Source: Macrostomum lignano (Eukaryota). From it: 64,000 nucleotides of DNA. The notes under the pieces are model-generated. The model saw only the letters and a list, made by a program, of their open reading frames with translations, was not told the DNA's origin and did not search any database. Below are positions 12,826-26,159 of the stretch, one piece after another (within the stretch, counting starts at the first letter, position 1; every line of letters begins with the position of its first letter). The stretch lies in contig NIVC01002766.1 of assembly GCA_002269645.1 (NCBI GenBank), forward strand, positions 62,001 through 126,000, given 5' to 3'. The translations under genes were made by a program, and so were the position numbers.

Positions 12826-13904
12826 TAATTTTTTGTACCCAGCTGTCGATACTTAAGGTTCTGGGTTTTCCCACGGGGATAGAGTAGTCAAGTGGTTACT
12901 TTACTTTATACTACTGATGGGAGGCACGTACAGGAGCCGCGAAAAGGGACAGGACAAAACATATATATATATATATATATATGTTTTAGTTCCCAGTTTT
13001 GCTTTAGTATTGCTTTGCCATTTCCATTTTTCCTATAGTTTTCAGTGCCATATCTGCTTTGCATAGTATTTTCCAATCTGCAAGTTTTTCTGTTTTTTCT
13101 TTTTTTGCCAGCATCATTTTGGCTCGTTTTTTACTGTTTTACATTTTCCCAGTGCCAGTAGCTGTACGCTTTTCATTGATTTTTTATGGTCTGCACTTCC
13201 TAAGTCCAGTGCAGTTCAAGTATCTGTTTCGGTCTGTTTTTGCTTGCGTATTTAAAAGTAGAAATTAAATGGGGAATATACAATAATTCTACAGACAATA
13301 TATTTGATCGGTGATGGGAACCTTAATCAAAAGTTCAAAAGGAAAATTTATAAGAATTTTCAAGTTCTAGCAATTTCAATTTGCAGGTTTCGATCGCCAT
13401 ATTAAATTTCAGTAAAGCTAAATAACCCAGTTGAAATCGTTTCTTTGCCATCAATAATAAATTCCGTCCGTTATCAGTCCGTCAACGGTATGTGTTTTCG
13501 ATATATATTAAAAATGGTTTAAGTACCGTGTATTCCGTTTATTTTATAAATCAGGCAGATTCATAGCACGTTAAATTTAGTAACCATAAACAGTTTCAAT
13601 TTATAACAAAATGTTACTCAAAAACAAAAAAGATTTTAATGAATACTACTAACCAGTAGAAAGATAACTCTAACAAAACAAAAATTACAATTTTGTGAGT
13701 TAAATAAACAAACTGTTTGTCTTCGGTATTAATCGTTGTCAAAATACCCTTCGAAAAAACAAACAGCATTCTTTCTTGAAATTCAGGGTTACTTGTGGTT
13801 TTAAGTAGAAAAATTATTATATTATTCTTTTATCTTTAGATGTAAAGCATTATTTTCCATGCCACTGAACTTTTATTTTTTGTCAATTTTTTTACTTCTG
13901 TGTT

Positions 13905-13920
13905 TGAGATTTACCCGGCC
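13905..13920 (+). promoter_or_regulatory. 16-bp motif TGAGATTTACCCGGCC upstream of DCXR (sense orientation)
   Basis: Exact inverted copy of 10587-10602. Confidence 0.4.
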
Positions 13921-14899
13921 CATTCTGCAGAAACGCAGAAAAGCGTCAAGTCAACGTTTCAACTCAATGCCCTTGTAAAAGTTAGACTCCTTTGTGAATG
14001 AATTTTTGCCTACCAATGTTTAAAATGCACAACGGGCGAATCAGATTTTTTAAACGCTGCCTAAGGGCGATTTGTACTCTTTTTATTATGTTTCAAATTC
14101 ATTCGCAACTCTAGAAAATGTAACAAGCATACATGTAGATGCTCTTCTAAAAGTTAAGTTTAGCTGATGACTTTAATTTAGCTATTCAAATAACAATTTT
14201 TTTATTAAATGCACTTTCTTTTTGGATATAGAATCATAAATATATAATAGATAACTAGTAACGGACGAGTTAATACTAATTTTTGTATATTTATTGTACG
14301 ATAGTTATTGAAAGTTTAAAGTTAAAAAGCACTTCTAGTGATCCTTGGTAAATATTTCCTTAAAATAACTATGCAAAATGCTTGAATCGGCAAATTAACA
14401 ATTTTATTAATTTACAATTAACAGAATTTTAAGTTCATTGTTGGTATAATAATGGTGCCCATTGTACAAATATTTTCTTTGAAGACGTCTATCGTTCGTA
14501 CTTTAAGAATTTTGGAATTGTTATGCATATAGCTGCTAGTTTTAAAATGTGCCTTCAATTGTTTTACTACTGTCAGCTCGTAATGTAAGCAAAAACACGT
14601 CCACACAAAATATTTTCTAGCATATTTTTATGATAAAGAGAAGGGTGCATAAAAGTAAATGTATTAAAATTTAAGTAAGTTTTTAATGAGCTATATTACA
14701 GTGTTGGTTTTCATTTTTTCGTTTCATCTTTTCTGGTGTACTTTTTTGCAAATACTCGTATGAAGCGAAAAATTTGTAGATATAGTTACCGATCATATAT
14801 GATAATTAAACCCAACATACTCTTACCTGGAATTGACTTGGAGAAGAAATAGATTAGCTACTAAAAACTAACAGAAAACGAAAAATTTCTTCTCAGGCG

Positions 14900-15637
14900 A
14901 TGCGATTCGAAGGCAAGAGATTCCTCATCACTGGCTGCAACCGGGGCATCGGCCGCGACCTCGCCATTTCGTTGGCCAAGCAAGGCGCCGAAGTGGTCGC
15001 CTTGTGCCGTTCCGGCCTGTCCGATCTACCGGCGGCTTGCCCCGACCCGGAAGCCCGAGCTCGCCTGCGCCCCGTGCAGTGCGACCTGAACGATTGGTCG
15101 GCCACGCGAAGCCTCGTCCTGAGCCTTGGTCGATTCGATGGTGTTGTTAACAATGCAGGCGTTTCCAAAAATGAGGCAGTCGGTTCCATCACTGAGGAAA
15201 ATTTGCAAAACTTGTTTCGCGTCAATCTATTCGCCGCGATCAATGTCGGCCAGACGGCCGCCGAGTCGATGCAGAGCGGCGCCAGCATAGTGAACATCTC
15301 ATCGCAGGCCAGCTTCATGGCGCTGCCAGGCCATACGGCCTACGCGGCTTCGAAAGCGGCGCTGGACTCGGTAACTCGCAGTTTTGCTTCCGAGCTGGGC
15401 AAACGCGGCATTCGATGCAACTCTGTCAACCCTGGCGTGGTAATGACGGACATGAGCCGGGCTTATTGGTCCAATCCGCAGGTTGGCGAGCCCATGCTCG
15501 CCAGGGCGCCGCTGGGCCGATTTGCCGAGGTACCCGAAGTTGTGTCCGTTGTTGAATTCCTATTGAGCGACGAAGCCAGCATGGTTAATGGCGTAGTGCT
15601 ACCAGTAGAGGGCGGAGTTTCTGTTAACCAGCTCTGA
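14900..15637 (+). CDS. DCXR: L-xylulose/dicarbonyl reductase (SDR family), 245 aa, single coding exon
   Basis: TGCNRGIG Rossmann motif, VNNAG, VNISSQAS, catalytic YAASK, NSVNPGVVMTDM, PLGRFAE, LPVEGG as in DCXR; acceptor TTCTCAG 3 nt before ATG. Confidence 0.88.
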   Translation: MRFEGKRFLITGCNRGIGRDLAISLAKQGAEVVALCRSGLSDLPAACPDPEARARLRPVQCDLNDWSATRSLVLSLGRFDGVVNNAGVSKNEAVGSITEENLQNLFRVNLFAAINVGQTAAESMQSGASIVNISSQASFMALPGHTAYAASKAALDSVTRSFASELGKRGIRCNSVNPGVVMTDMSRAYWSNPQVGEPMLARAPLGRFAEVPEVVSVVEFLLSDEASMVNGVVLPVEGGVSVNQL

Positions 15638-16780
15638 TTCATGCTAACTATTACCTAAATTTACTAGTGGTAAAACGTCGAGTCAGTACTATAGTGAAAT
15701 TACCGAAACAGTTTTCTCGTGACTGACTGAGCGACTTGCGTCAGATCGACGTGCAACTTTTCAGTAGAAATTAACGTCCTTAATTGATCTCTCTCATGCA
15801 CTACTTGGGCTCAAATGACTGGATTCCGTATTACTGGGATTACTGGCTTAGCTAGAAAATCAATTAGCTACTTTTGATTGATAGTTTCGTAAGAATTATG
15901 AATGTGTCGTGTGCTATAATTCCTAATTTCCAAGTTCTTCTTGTTTGCCAATTCGAAACGAGTCACACTTCCACACAGCATTATTTGATCAGGGAATCGC
16001 AATAAATTTCTAATCATCTTGATTATTCTTCCAATAACAGCTTATAAAAAAAAGCATGCAAAAATATTTACGGTGACTTGAATTGTATATTTTGCTTTTC
16101 GGGGTGGGGGCGATTTCTCAAGATCTGAATTTCACAATGTTTAAAATATTTAGATGCCTTTTAAGTTGTTTAATCACAGCTATACAAGGGTTTTTAAAAT
16201 CTGTATCCTCTCTAATGGCATCTCAGGATGAGAGCAGCATTCATTTGGTTGATATAATTTTATGGACTGCAAGGCTATATCACTCGTGCTGTATTAGCTA
16301 GCGTACCTTAGAACGACATGTATAAAGAAAGATATGGCAAATTTGTTAACAAGCGTTTCGTTATATCGTTTAGCTACATTATGTAAGCGAACTGGTTCAG
16401 AGCTTTAAGAGCCTGACCTAGGAATACTTCTACTATCTCACATATTATCTACTACCTACGAATCAAGATTGTAACTATTTTATATTAATTTGGACTTGCT
16501 GCACAGATTAGGACTTTCAGTGCAATTTGGTCTGTTTGTGCAATTACGAGTATAGTTACTCGGGCTCCTTGTGCGATAGTGGCTCCTGATAGTGCGTGCG
16601 GCTTGGGAGTGCATGCCTTCTATTCCTGCAGCAGGGAATGCATGATTTTGTTGCATAGCTGAATAATAGAATAGACAAATATAGATAAATTAATCATTAG
16701 TTTTTACTTCATTAGTCAAAGGCAAAGCATTCGAACTAAAAGCCTCTACCAAATGACATGAAGAGGATGACATTTAAATT

Positions 16781-17640
16781 TCAATTGAGCACTACAGCAG
16801 GGTCTGCGACCGCCTTCGAATTGCCTTCGGCAGCAGCCGCGGCGGCCAAGCCGGCCCTGCGACTCATCTCCTCAATCGAGTAGGTGCTCGTCAGCTCGTT
16901 GTAGAGCTCATCCAGCCCAACTTCCTGGTCAGTGGCTTCGCCTTGGCTCTCGCTGGAGTCACCTCTGCCCAATGAGTTTGCTTTCGATTTCGCTGCCGCC
17001 TTGGCTACCGCAACTGCGGTGGTGGCGACGGCTGCACCGGCGGACGTCTTGCCGGCTTTCAGTGCGGTTCGACCCGGTGCAGCTGCGGCAGACGTTGTCG
17101 AGTTCGCAGCCATTGTCAGCGGAGTTAAGGAGCGCCGCCTGGGTGGCTCCGGCTTTTGCTGCTGCTTGGGCGTCAGTCTGCCGGCTGGAGTCTGCCGACT
17201 AGCTGTCGGATTCGGCGTCCGGGCCTGTCGGTTTGGCGACGTCCGACTGCTGCTGCCGCGGGCGTCGGTCTTGGACAGAGGCTTCAGTCGGTGTTGCTGC
17301 TGCTGCTGCTGCTGGCAACTGCTGGACCGGCGTCGTTTCACCAGCTTCTCGGCTGCCGGACTAAACAGAGCAACCTCGGGCGTTGTGCAGCCCTGCGCTC
17401 TGGCCCACTGCTCCGCCGTTCGACCGGTCCGTTCGTCAGTTTTAGACACAGATGCGTGGCCCTCGATGGCCAGCAGCGAAGCGCTTTCGGTGAAGCCGTT
17501 CTTAGCGGCAATCAGCATGGCTGTGAAGCCTTCCTTGTTCACGCGGTCAATGTCGAGACCGAGGCGTCGGAAACATTTGATTAGTATGCCGATGCCAGTG
17601 TCGTTGCCAACTCTGGCGCAGTGCATCAGGGGCGTGTTAC
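16781..17640 (-). CDS. ANKRD63-like ankyrin-repeat protein exon 3 (last), with low-complexity Q/S/A-rich tail
   Basis: (G)NTPLMHCARVG...CFRRLGLDIDRVNKEGFTAMLIAA resembles ANKRD63 FRRLGLRLDRTNRAGLTALQLAA; acceptor TTCGCAG|GT, phase 1. Confidence 0.88.
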
Positions 17641-17689
17641 CTGCGAATTAATGCATAAGAGAGGGATTGTTTTCATGTGGGAGCGGTGG

Positions 17690-19400
17690 TAAACCATCCA
17701 GGTAATTCAAGTGTGAGCTGTGGTAGAGCATCCAGGTGATTCAAGTGTGAGCTGTGGTAAACCATCCAGGTGATTTAAGTGTGAGCTGGTGATTCAATTG
17801 TGAGCTATGGTAAACCATCCAGGTAATTCAAGTGTGAGCTCTGGTAGAGCATCCAGGTGATTCAAGTTTGAGCTGTGGTAGAGCATCCAGGTGATTCAAG
17901 TTTGAGCTGTGGTAGAGCATCCAGGTGATTCAAGTTTGAGCTGTGGTAGAGCATCCAGGTGATTCAAGTGTGAGCTGTGGTAGAGCATCCAGGTGATTCA
18001 AGTGTGAGCTGTGGTAGAGCATCCAGGTGATTCAAGTGTGAGCTGTGGTAGAGCATCCAGGTGATTCAAGTGTGAGCTGTGGTAGAGCATCCAGGTGATT
18101 CAAGTGTGAGCTGTGGTAGAGCATCCAGGTGATTCAAGTGTGAGCGGTGGTAAACCATCCAGGTGATTCAATTGTGAGCTATGGTAAACCATCCAGGTGA
18201 TTCAATTGTGAGCTATGGTAAACCATCCAGGTGATTCAAGTGTGAGCTGTGGTAGAGCATCCAGGTGATTCAATTGTGAGCTATGGTAAACCATCCAGGT
18301 GATTCAATTGTGAGCTATGGTAAACCATCCAGGTGATTCAATTGTGAGCTATGGTAAACCATCCAGGTGATTCAATTGTGAGCTATGGTAAACCATCCAG
18401 GTGATTCAATTGTGAGCTGTGGTAAACCATCCAGGTGATTCAATTGTGAGCTGTGGTAAACCATCCAGGTAATTCAAGTGTGAGCTGTGGTAGAGCATCC
18501 AGGTGATTCAAGTGTGAGCTGTGGTAAACCATCCAGGTGATTCAATTGTGAGCTATGGTAAACCATCCAGGTGATTCAATTGTGAGCTGTGGTAAACCAT
18601 CCAGGTGATTCAATTGTGAGCTATGGTAAACCATCCAGGTGATTCAATTGTGAGCTATGGTAAACCATCCAGGTGATTCAATTGTGAGCTATGGTAAACC
18701 ATCCAGGTGATTCAATTGTGAGCTGTGGTAAACCATCCAGGTGATTCAATTGTGAGCTGTGGTAAACCATCCAGGTAATTCAAGTGTGAGCTCTGGTAGA
18801 GCATCCAGGTGATTCAAGTTTGAGCTGTGGTAGAGCATCCAGGTGATTCAAGTTTGAGCTGTGGTAGAGCATCCAGGTGATTCAAGTTTGAGCTGTGGTA
18901 GAGCATTCAGGTGATTCAAGTTTGAGCTGTGGTAGAGCATCCAGGTGATTCAAGTGTGAGCTGTGGTAGAGCATCCAGGTGATTCAAGTGTGAGCTGTGG
19001 TAGAGCATCCAGGTGATTCAAGTGTGAGCTGTGGTAGAGCATCCAGGTGATTCAAGTGTGAGCTGTGGTAGAGCATCCAGGTGATTCAAGTGTGAGCGGT
19101 GGTAAACCATCCAGGTGATTCAATTGTGAGCTATGGTAAACCATCCAGGTGATTCAATTGTGAGCTATGGTAAACCATCCAGGTAATTCAATTGTGAGCT
19201 ATGGTAAACCATCCAGGTAATTCAATTGTGAGCTATGGTAAACCATCCAGGTGATTCAATTGTGAGCTATGGTAAACCATCCAGGTGATTTAAGTGTGAG
19301 ATCTGGTAAATCATCCAGGTGATTTAAGTGTGAGCTGGTGATTCAAGTGTGAGCTGTGGTAAACGATCCATGTGATTCAAGTGTGAGCTGTGGTAGAGCA
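17690..19400. repeat. 34-bp minisatellite (CATCCAGGTGATTCAA(G/T)TGTGAGCT(G/A)TGGTA(GAG/AAC)), about 50 units, with duplicated variant blocks
   Basis: Direct reading; variant order around 17810-18200 recurs around 18770-19150. Confidence 0.96.
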
Positions 19401-19694
19401 ACTAACTCTAGACTCTAATTAGAAGTTGAATACGTCTCTAGTCCAATGGAAACTTTTTCAAATGACAACAAAATTCTAGCTAAGGTGTCTTTAAAAGCAC
19501 CCTATAAAAAAGCAATTCCATCGCAGTTAATGACTCGGCTTCCGCTGCTAATTCCTAAGCTAGAGATGTCACATGACATTGCGTGCCAGGTGAATCCAAT
19601 TTTTTAAGAGGAGCGCACCCGATTGCCTATAGTTATTTGGGACAAGATCACGCATTTACTGACAAATCTCGTTGTAGAATACTGTCCGGCACTT

Positions 19695-22600
19695 TTTCAA
19701 ATCAGCCGGATCGGTAGCCTCTCAATCAGCTGGATCGGTAGCCTCTCAATCAGCTGGATCGGTAGCCTCTCAATCAGCTGGATCGGTAGCCTCTCAATCA
19801 GCTGGATCGGTAGCCTCTCAATCAGCTGGATCGGTAGCCTCTCAATCAGCTGGATCGGTAGCCTCTCAATCAGCTGGATCGGTAGCCTCTCCAATCAGCT
19901 GGATCGGTAGCCTCTCAATCAGCTGGATCGGTAGCCTCTCCAATCAGCTGGATCGGTAGCCTCTCCAATCAGCTAGATCGGTAGCCTCTCCAATCAGCTG
20001 GATCCGTAGCCTCTCCAATCAGCTGGATCGGTAGCCTCTCCAATCAGCTGGATCGGTAGCCTCTCCAATCAGCTAGATCGGTAGCCTCTCTAATCAGCTA
20101 GATTGGTAGCCTCTCCAATCAGCTGGATCGGTAGCCTCTCCAACCAGCTGGATCGGTAGCCTCTCCAACCAGCTGGATCGGTAGCCTCTCCAACCAGCTG
20201 GATCGGTAGCCTCTCCAATCAGCTGGATCGGTAGCCTCTCCAATCAGCTAGATCGGTAGCCTCTCCAATCAGCTAGATCGGTAGCCTCTCCAATCAGCTG
20301 GATCGGTAGCCTCTCCAATCAGCTAGATCGGTAGCCTCTCCAATCAGCTGGATCGGTAGCCTCTCCAATCAGCTGGATCGGTAGCCTCTCCAATCAGCTG
20401 GATCAGTAGCCTCTCCAATCAGCTGGATCGGTAGCCTTTCCAATCAGCTAGATCGGTAGCCTCTCCAATCAGCTAGATCGGTAGCCTCTCCAATCAGCTA
20501 GATCGGTAGCCTCTCCAATCAGCTAGATCGGTAGCCTCTCCAATCAGCTGGATCGGTAGCCTCTCCAATCAGCTGGATCGGTAGCCTCTCCAACCAGCTG
20601 GATCGGTAGCCTCTCCAACCAGCTGGATCGGTAGCCTCTCCAATCAGCTGGATCGGTAGCCTCTCCAATCAGCTGGATCGGTAGCCTCTCCAATCAGCTG
20701 GATCGGTAGCCTCTCCAATCAGCTGGATCGGTAGTCTCTCCAATCAGCTGGATCGGTAGCCTCTCCAATCAGCTAGATCGGTAGCCTCTCCAATCAGCTG
20801 GATCGATAGCCTCTCCAATCAGCTGGATCGGTAGCCTCTCCAATCAGCTGGATTGGTAGCCTCTCCAATCAGCTGGATCGATAGCCTCTCCAATCAGCTG
20901 GATTGGTAGCCTCTCCAATCAGCTGGATCGGTAGCCTCTCCAATCAGCTGGATCGATAGCCTCTCCAATCAGCTGGATCGGTAGCCTCTCCAATCAGCTG
21001 GATCGGTAGCCTCTCCAATCAGCTGGATCGATAGCCTCTCCAATCAGCTGGATCGGTAGCCTCTCCAATCAGCTAGATCGGTAGCCTCTCCAATCAGCTG
21101 GATCGATAGCCTCTCCAATCAGCTGGATCGGTAGCCTCTCCAATCAGCTGGATTGGTAGCCTCTCCAATCAGCTGGATCGGTAGCCTCTCCAACCAGCTG
21201 GATCGGTAGCCTCTCCAACCAGCTGGATCGGTAGCCTCTCCAACCAGCTGGATCGGTAGCCTCTCCAATCAGCTAGATCGGTAGCCTCTCCAATCAGCTG
21301 GATCGGTAGCCTCTCCAATCAGCTGGATCGGTAGCCTCTCCAATCAGCTGGATCGGTAGCCTCTCCAATCAGCTGGATCGGTAGCCTCTCCAATCAGCTG
21401 GATCGGTAGCCTCTCCAATCAGCTGGATCGGTAGCCTCTCCAATCAGCTGGATTGGTAGCCTCTCCAATCAGCTGGATCGGTAGCCTCTCCAATCAGCTA
21501 GATCGGTAGCCTCTCCAATCAGCTAGATCGGTAGCCTCTCCAATCAGCTGGATCGATAGCCTCTCCAATCAGCTGGATCGGTAGCCTCTCCAATCAGCTG
21601 GATTGGTAGCCTCTCCAATCAGCTGGATCGATAGCCTCTCCAATCAGCTGGATCGGTAGCCTCTCTAATCAGCTAGATCGGTAGCCTCTCCAATCAGCTG
21701 GATCGATAGCCTCTCCAATCAGCTGGATCGGTAGCCTTTCCAATCAGCTGGATCGGTAGCCTCTCCAATCAGCTGGATCGGTAGCCTCTCCAATCAGCTG
21801 GATCGGTAGCCTCTCCAATCAGCTGGATCGGTAGCCTCTCCAATCAGCTGGATCGGTAGCCTCTCCAATCAGCTGGATCGGTAGCCTCTCCAATCAGCTG
21901 GATCGGTAGCCTCTCCAATCAGCTGGATCGGTAGCCTCTCCAATCAGCTGGATCGGTAGCCTCTCCAATCAGCTGGATCGGTAGCCTCTCCAATTAGCTG
22001 GATCGGTAGCCTCTCCAATCAGCTGGATCGGTAGCCTCTCCAACCAGCTGGATCGGTAGCCTCTCAATCAGCTGGATCGGTAGCCTCTCCAATCAGCTGG
22101 ATCGGTAGCCTCTCCAATCAGCTGGATCGGTAGCCTCTCCAATCAGCTGGATCGATAGCCTCTCCAATCAGCTGAATCGGTAGCCTCTCCAATCAGCTGG
22201 ATCGGTAGCCTCTCCAATCAGCTGGATCGGTAGCCTCTCCAATCAGCTGGATCGGTAGCCTCTCCAATCAGCTGGATCGGTAGCCTCTCCAATCAGCTGG
22301 ATCGGTAGCCTCTCCAATCAGCTAGATCGATAGCCTCTCCAACCAGCTGGATCGGTAGCCTCTCTAATCAGCTGGATCGGTAGCCTCTCGAATCAGCTAG
22401 ATCGGTAGCCTCTCCAATCAGCTGGATCGGTAGCCTCTCCAATCAGCTGGATCGGTAGCCTCTCGAATCAGCTGGATCGGTAGCCTCTCCAATCAGCTGG
22501 ATCGATAGCCTCTCCAATCAGCTGGATCGGTAGCCTCTCCAATCAGCTGGATCGGTAGCCTCTCCAATCAGCTGGATCGATAGCCTCTCCAATCAGCTGG

Positions 22601-22910
22601 ATCGGTAGCCTCTCCAATCAGCTGGATCGGTAGCCTCTCCAATCAGCTGGATCGATAGCCTCTCCAATCAGCTGGATCGGTAGACTCTCCAATCAGCTGG
22701 ATCGGTAGCCTCTCCAATCAGCTGGATCGGTAGCCTCTCCAATCAGCTGGATCGGTAGCCTCTCCAATCAGCTAGATCGGTAGCCTCTCCAATCAGCTAG
22801 ATCGATAGCCTCTCCAATCAGCTAGATCGGTAGCCTCTCCAATCAGCTGGATCGGTAGCCTCTCCAATCAGCTGGATCGGTAGCCTCTCCAATCAGCTAG
22901 ATCGATAGCC
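19695..22910. repeat. 25-bp minisatellite (CAATCAGCTGGATCGGTAGCCTCTC), about 128 units; the leftmost units are 24 bp
   Basis: Direct reading; array ends about 25 nt from the exon 2 donor. Confidence 0.97.
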
Positions 22911-22936
22911 AAATAACCAGACCAATACCACCTCAC

Positions 22937-23111
22937 CGTCCTTATCCGGCAGCTCCGGGTCCACATTGTGACGCACCAGCAGTCGCACAACATCATTATG
23001 CCGCATCTCGCAGGCGTAGCTCAGTGCCGTCCTCCCGGAGTCGTCCTGATAGTTTGGCTGAGCGCCGTACGCCAGCAGCATCTGCATAATTCTCTGGCGA
23101 CACTTTTCCTC
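22937..23111 (-). CDS. ANKRD63-like exon 2
   Basis: EEKCRQRIMQMLLAYGAQPNYQDDSGRTALSYACE...DPELPDKD(G); acceptor CTACAG|GAG, donor G|GTGAGG; 175 nt. Confidence 0.9.
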
Positions 23112-23230
23112 CTGTAGAAGTTTTTTTGAAGTTTCAGATGTTTAAGTGGCATTCAAGTGCTTCATTCCTTTTTAATTGTTTTATCAAACCCAGTTTATCC
23201 GGAAAACCCTGTTTACATGTACACAAATAT

Positions 23231-23730
23231 AGGGGCGCCAGCACCAGGGGCGCCAGCACCAGGGGCGCCAGCACCAGGGGCGCCAGCACCAGGGGCGCCA
23301 GCACCAGGGGCGCCAGCACCAGGGGCGCCAGCACCAGGGGCGCCAGCACCAGGGGCGCCAGCACCAGGGGCGCCAGCACCAGGGGCGCCAGCACCAGGGG
23401 CGCCAGCACCAGGGGCGCCAGCACCAGGGGCGCCAGCACCAGGGGCGCCAGCACCTGGGGCGCCAGCACCAGGGGCGCCAGCACCAGGGGCGCCAGCACC
23501 AGGGGCGCCAGCACCAGGGGCGCCAGCACCAGGGGCGCCAGCACCAGGGGCGCCAGCACCAGGGGCGCCAGCACCAGGGCGCCAGCACCAGGGGCGCCAG
23601 CACCAGGGGCGCCAGCACCAGGGGCGCCAGCACCAGGGGCGCCAGCACCAGGGGCGCCAGCACCAGGGGCGCCAGAACCAAGGGCGCCAGCACCAGGGGC
23701 GCCAGCACCAAGGGCGCCAGCACCTGGGGG
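23231..23730. repeat. 15-bp GC-rich minisatellite (GGGGCGCCAGCACCA)
   Basis: About 33 near-perfect units. Confidence 0.97.
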
Positions 23731-24450
23731 GCCAAAGCCACTGCAAAGGGCGCACTAAAGCTAGTCAGCGCCAGGTGAAGGGAACAGTGAGTTTTTCGAA
23801 TCAATTTTTGTAATAGTTCAAGTGTCCTTGATAAGTCAAACAGTAATAAATTGACACCTTTGAGCAGTATACTCAAGCCGGGTGAAAATTCAAAGTTTAA
23901 CTTTGACTTGCCTATCACAATAGCAATTGAAATTGTCAATGTCGAGATTTACATGTAGAAATCGTTGATAAAATCAATTAAGGCAGAGGCGAAACTGCAG
24001 GTAGATGCTGACTGACACATTCATCAACCCTTTCTGCACTACGAGAGCGTATTAGGAGTTCACAGAGAGCTTCTTAGCTGATCACCTGTGACAGGTGTGG
24101 TGAGGGAGAGGAACTAAAGTACACGTTGACAGGAGATTTTTACAAAAAATCGAGAGAAAAATCTGAGATGAAGAAACCGCGTCAGCTGAGCAGGATGACA
24201 CGGGGCTCACGGATGCTACAGGCTTAATGAGCGACAGGCAGGTGAACTCCTGGTCAGCTTATACAGTTGCACTCTTGCCTGCAAGCAACAGTATAGGCTG
24301 ATCCGTTCGACTCAAATTGCTTGTTTTTCGTGGCCTATCATTTTTCTGCTGGCAATTTTTTGTTCAATTTCTTGAGCAAGTGAGGATAAGATATGAAAAA
24401 GGAGGGGAAGATAGGAGAAAGAAGAGAGGATGGGGGAGAAGGAAGTGGAG

Positions 24451-25655
24451 GGGAGATGAGGGGGATCGAGAGGGAGATGAGGGGGATCGAGAGGGAGATG
24501 AGGGGGATCGAGAGGGAGATGAGGGGGATCGAGAGGGAGATGAGGGGGATCGAGAGGGAGATGAGGGGGATCGAGAGGGAGATGAGGGGGGTCGAGAGGG
24601 AGATGAGGGGGATCGAGAGGGAGATGAGGGGGATCGAGAGGGAGATGAGGGGGATCGAGAGGGAGATGAGGGGGATCGAGAGGGAGATGAGGGGGATCGA
24701 GAGGGAGATGAGGGGGATCGAGAGGGAGATGAGGGGGATCGAGAGGGAGATGAGGGGGATCGAGAGGGAGATGAGGGGGATCGAGAGGGAGATGAGGGGG
24801 ATCGAGAGGGAGATGAGGGGGATCGAGAGGGAGATGAGGGGGATCGAGAGGGAGATGAGGGGGATCGAGAGGGAGATGAGGGGGATCGAGAGGGAGATGA
24901 GGGGGATCGAGAGGGAGATGAGGGGGATCGAGAGGGAGATGAGGGGGATCGAGAGGGAGATGAGGGGGATCGAGAGGGAGATGAGGGGGATCGAGAGGGA
25001 GATGAGGGGGATCGAGAGGGAGATGAGGGGGATCGAGAGGGAGATGAGGGGGATCGAGAGGGAGATGAGGGAGATCGAGAGGGAGATGAGGGGGATCGAG
25101 AGGGAGATGAGGGGGATCGAGAGGGAGATGAGGGGGATCGAGAGGGAGATGAGGGGGATCGAGAGGGAGATGAGGGGGATCGAGAGGGAGATGAGGGGGA
25201 TCGAGAGGGAGATGAGGGGGATCGAGAGGGAGATGAGGGGGATCGAGAGGGAGATGAGGGGGATCGAGAGGGAGATGAGGGGGGTCGAGAGGGAGATGAG
25301 GGGGATCGAGAGGGAGATGAGGGGGATCGAGAGGGAGATGAGGGGGATCGAGAGGGAGATGAGGGGATCGAGAGGGAGATGAGGGGGATCGAGAGGGAGA
25401 TGAGGGGGATCGAGAGGGAGATGAGGGGATCGAGAGGGAGATGAGGGGGATCGAGAGGGAGATGAGGGGATCGAGAGGAAGATGAGGGGGATCGAGAGGG
25501 AGATGAGGGGGATCGAGAGGGAGATGAGGGGGATCGAGAGGGAGATGAGGGGGATCGAGAGGGAGATGAGGGGGATCGAGAGGGAGATGAGGGGGATCGA
25601 GAGGGAGATGAGGGGGATCGAGAGGGAGATGAGGGGGATCGAGAGGGAAATGAGG
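24451..25655. repeat. 21-bp purine-rich minisatellite (GAGGGAGATGAGGGGGATCGA)
   Basis: About 57 units. Confidence 0.97.
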
Positions 25656-26159
25656 GGACAGGGAAAGGATGGGGAGAGGAGGGAGAGGAGAGGGAGAAGG
25701 GAGAGGAGGGGAGAAGGGAGAGGAGAGTTCAGATGGGAAAGGGAGAAGAGAAGAGGATCGGAGAAGTGGGGAGAAGAGGAACTGGGAGAAATGTCAGGTA
25801 CATGGAAAAGATTGAGATGGGCAAACTACAAGCGTGCATATGGGATGAAGCAAGCGTCAGACTGTGCATGGATTATGCACACAAAGCATCTGCAGCAGGC
25901 TGCATAGACTGAGTAAACCCTCCGCATTCCGGATAAAGAAATGCAAATAAAAAGAGCTGTATGATGAGACAGGGTCAGGAACTGCGGCAAAGGCATGGCG
26001 GGTTAGTGGGAGAAACCAGCTGAGAACATCGGGACATGCAAGACAAGGCTAAACGCAATCAGAGAACATGGAAGCCACTTGTAGCGCATTGCAATCAGAT
26101 TATGCTTGTGGCTATAGATGCAGGACAGCCTGCAACAGTGCAGTATACTCGTATAATCC

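Noticed and set aside
10587-13920. 16-bp inverted pair as TIRs of a 3.3-kb DNA transposon
   Set aside because: Flanks (CTGCGC / CATTCT) show no target-site duplication and no matching transposase lies inside; kept only as a candidate regulatory motif
16932-17651. Antisense ORFs over GC-rich exons (also 203-595, 41806-42255, 50137-50838, 58617-59144)
   Set aside because: Shadow ORFs of GC-rich coding sequence with no recognisable homology
19695-22910. Regular 20-51-bp repeats resembling CRISPR arrays
   Set aside because: Units are head-to-tail with no unique spacers, there are no cas genes, and the context is spliceosomal-intron eukaryotic DNA
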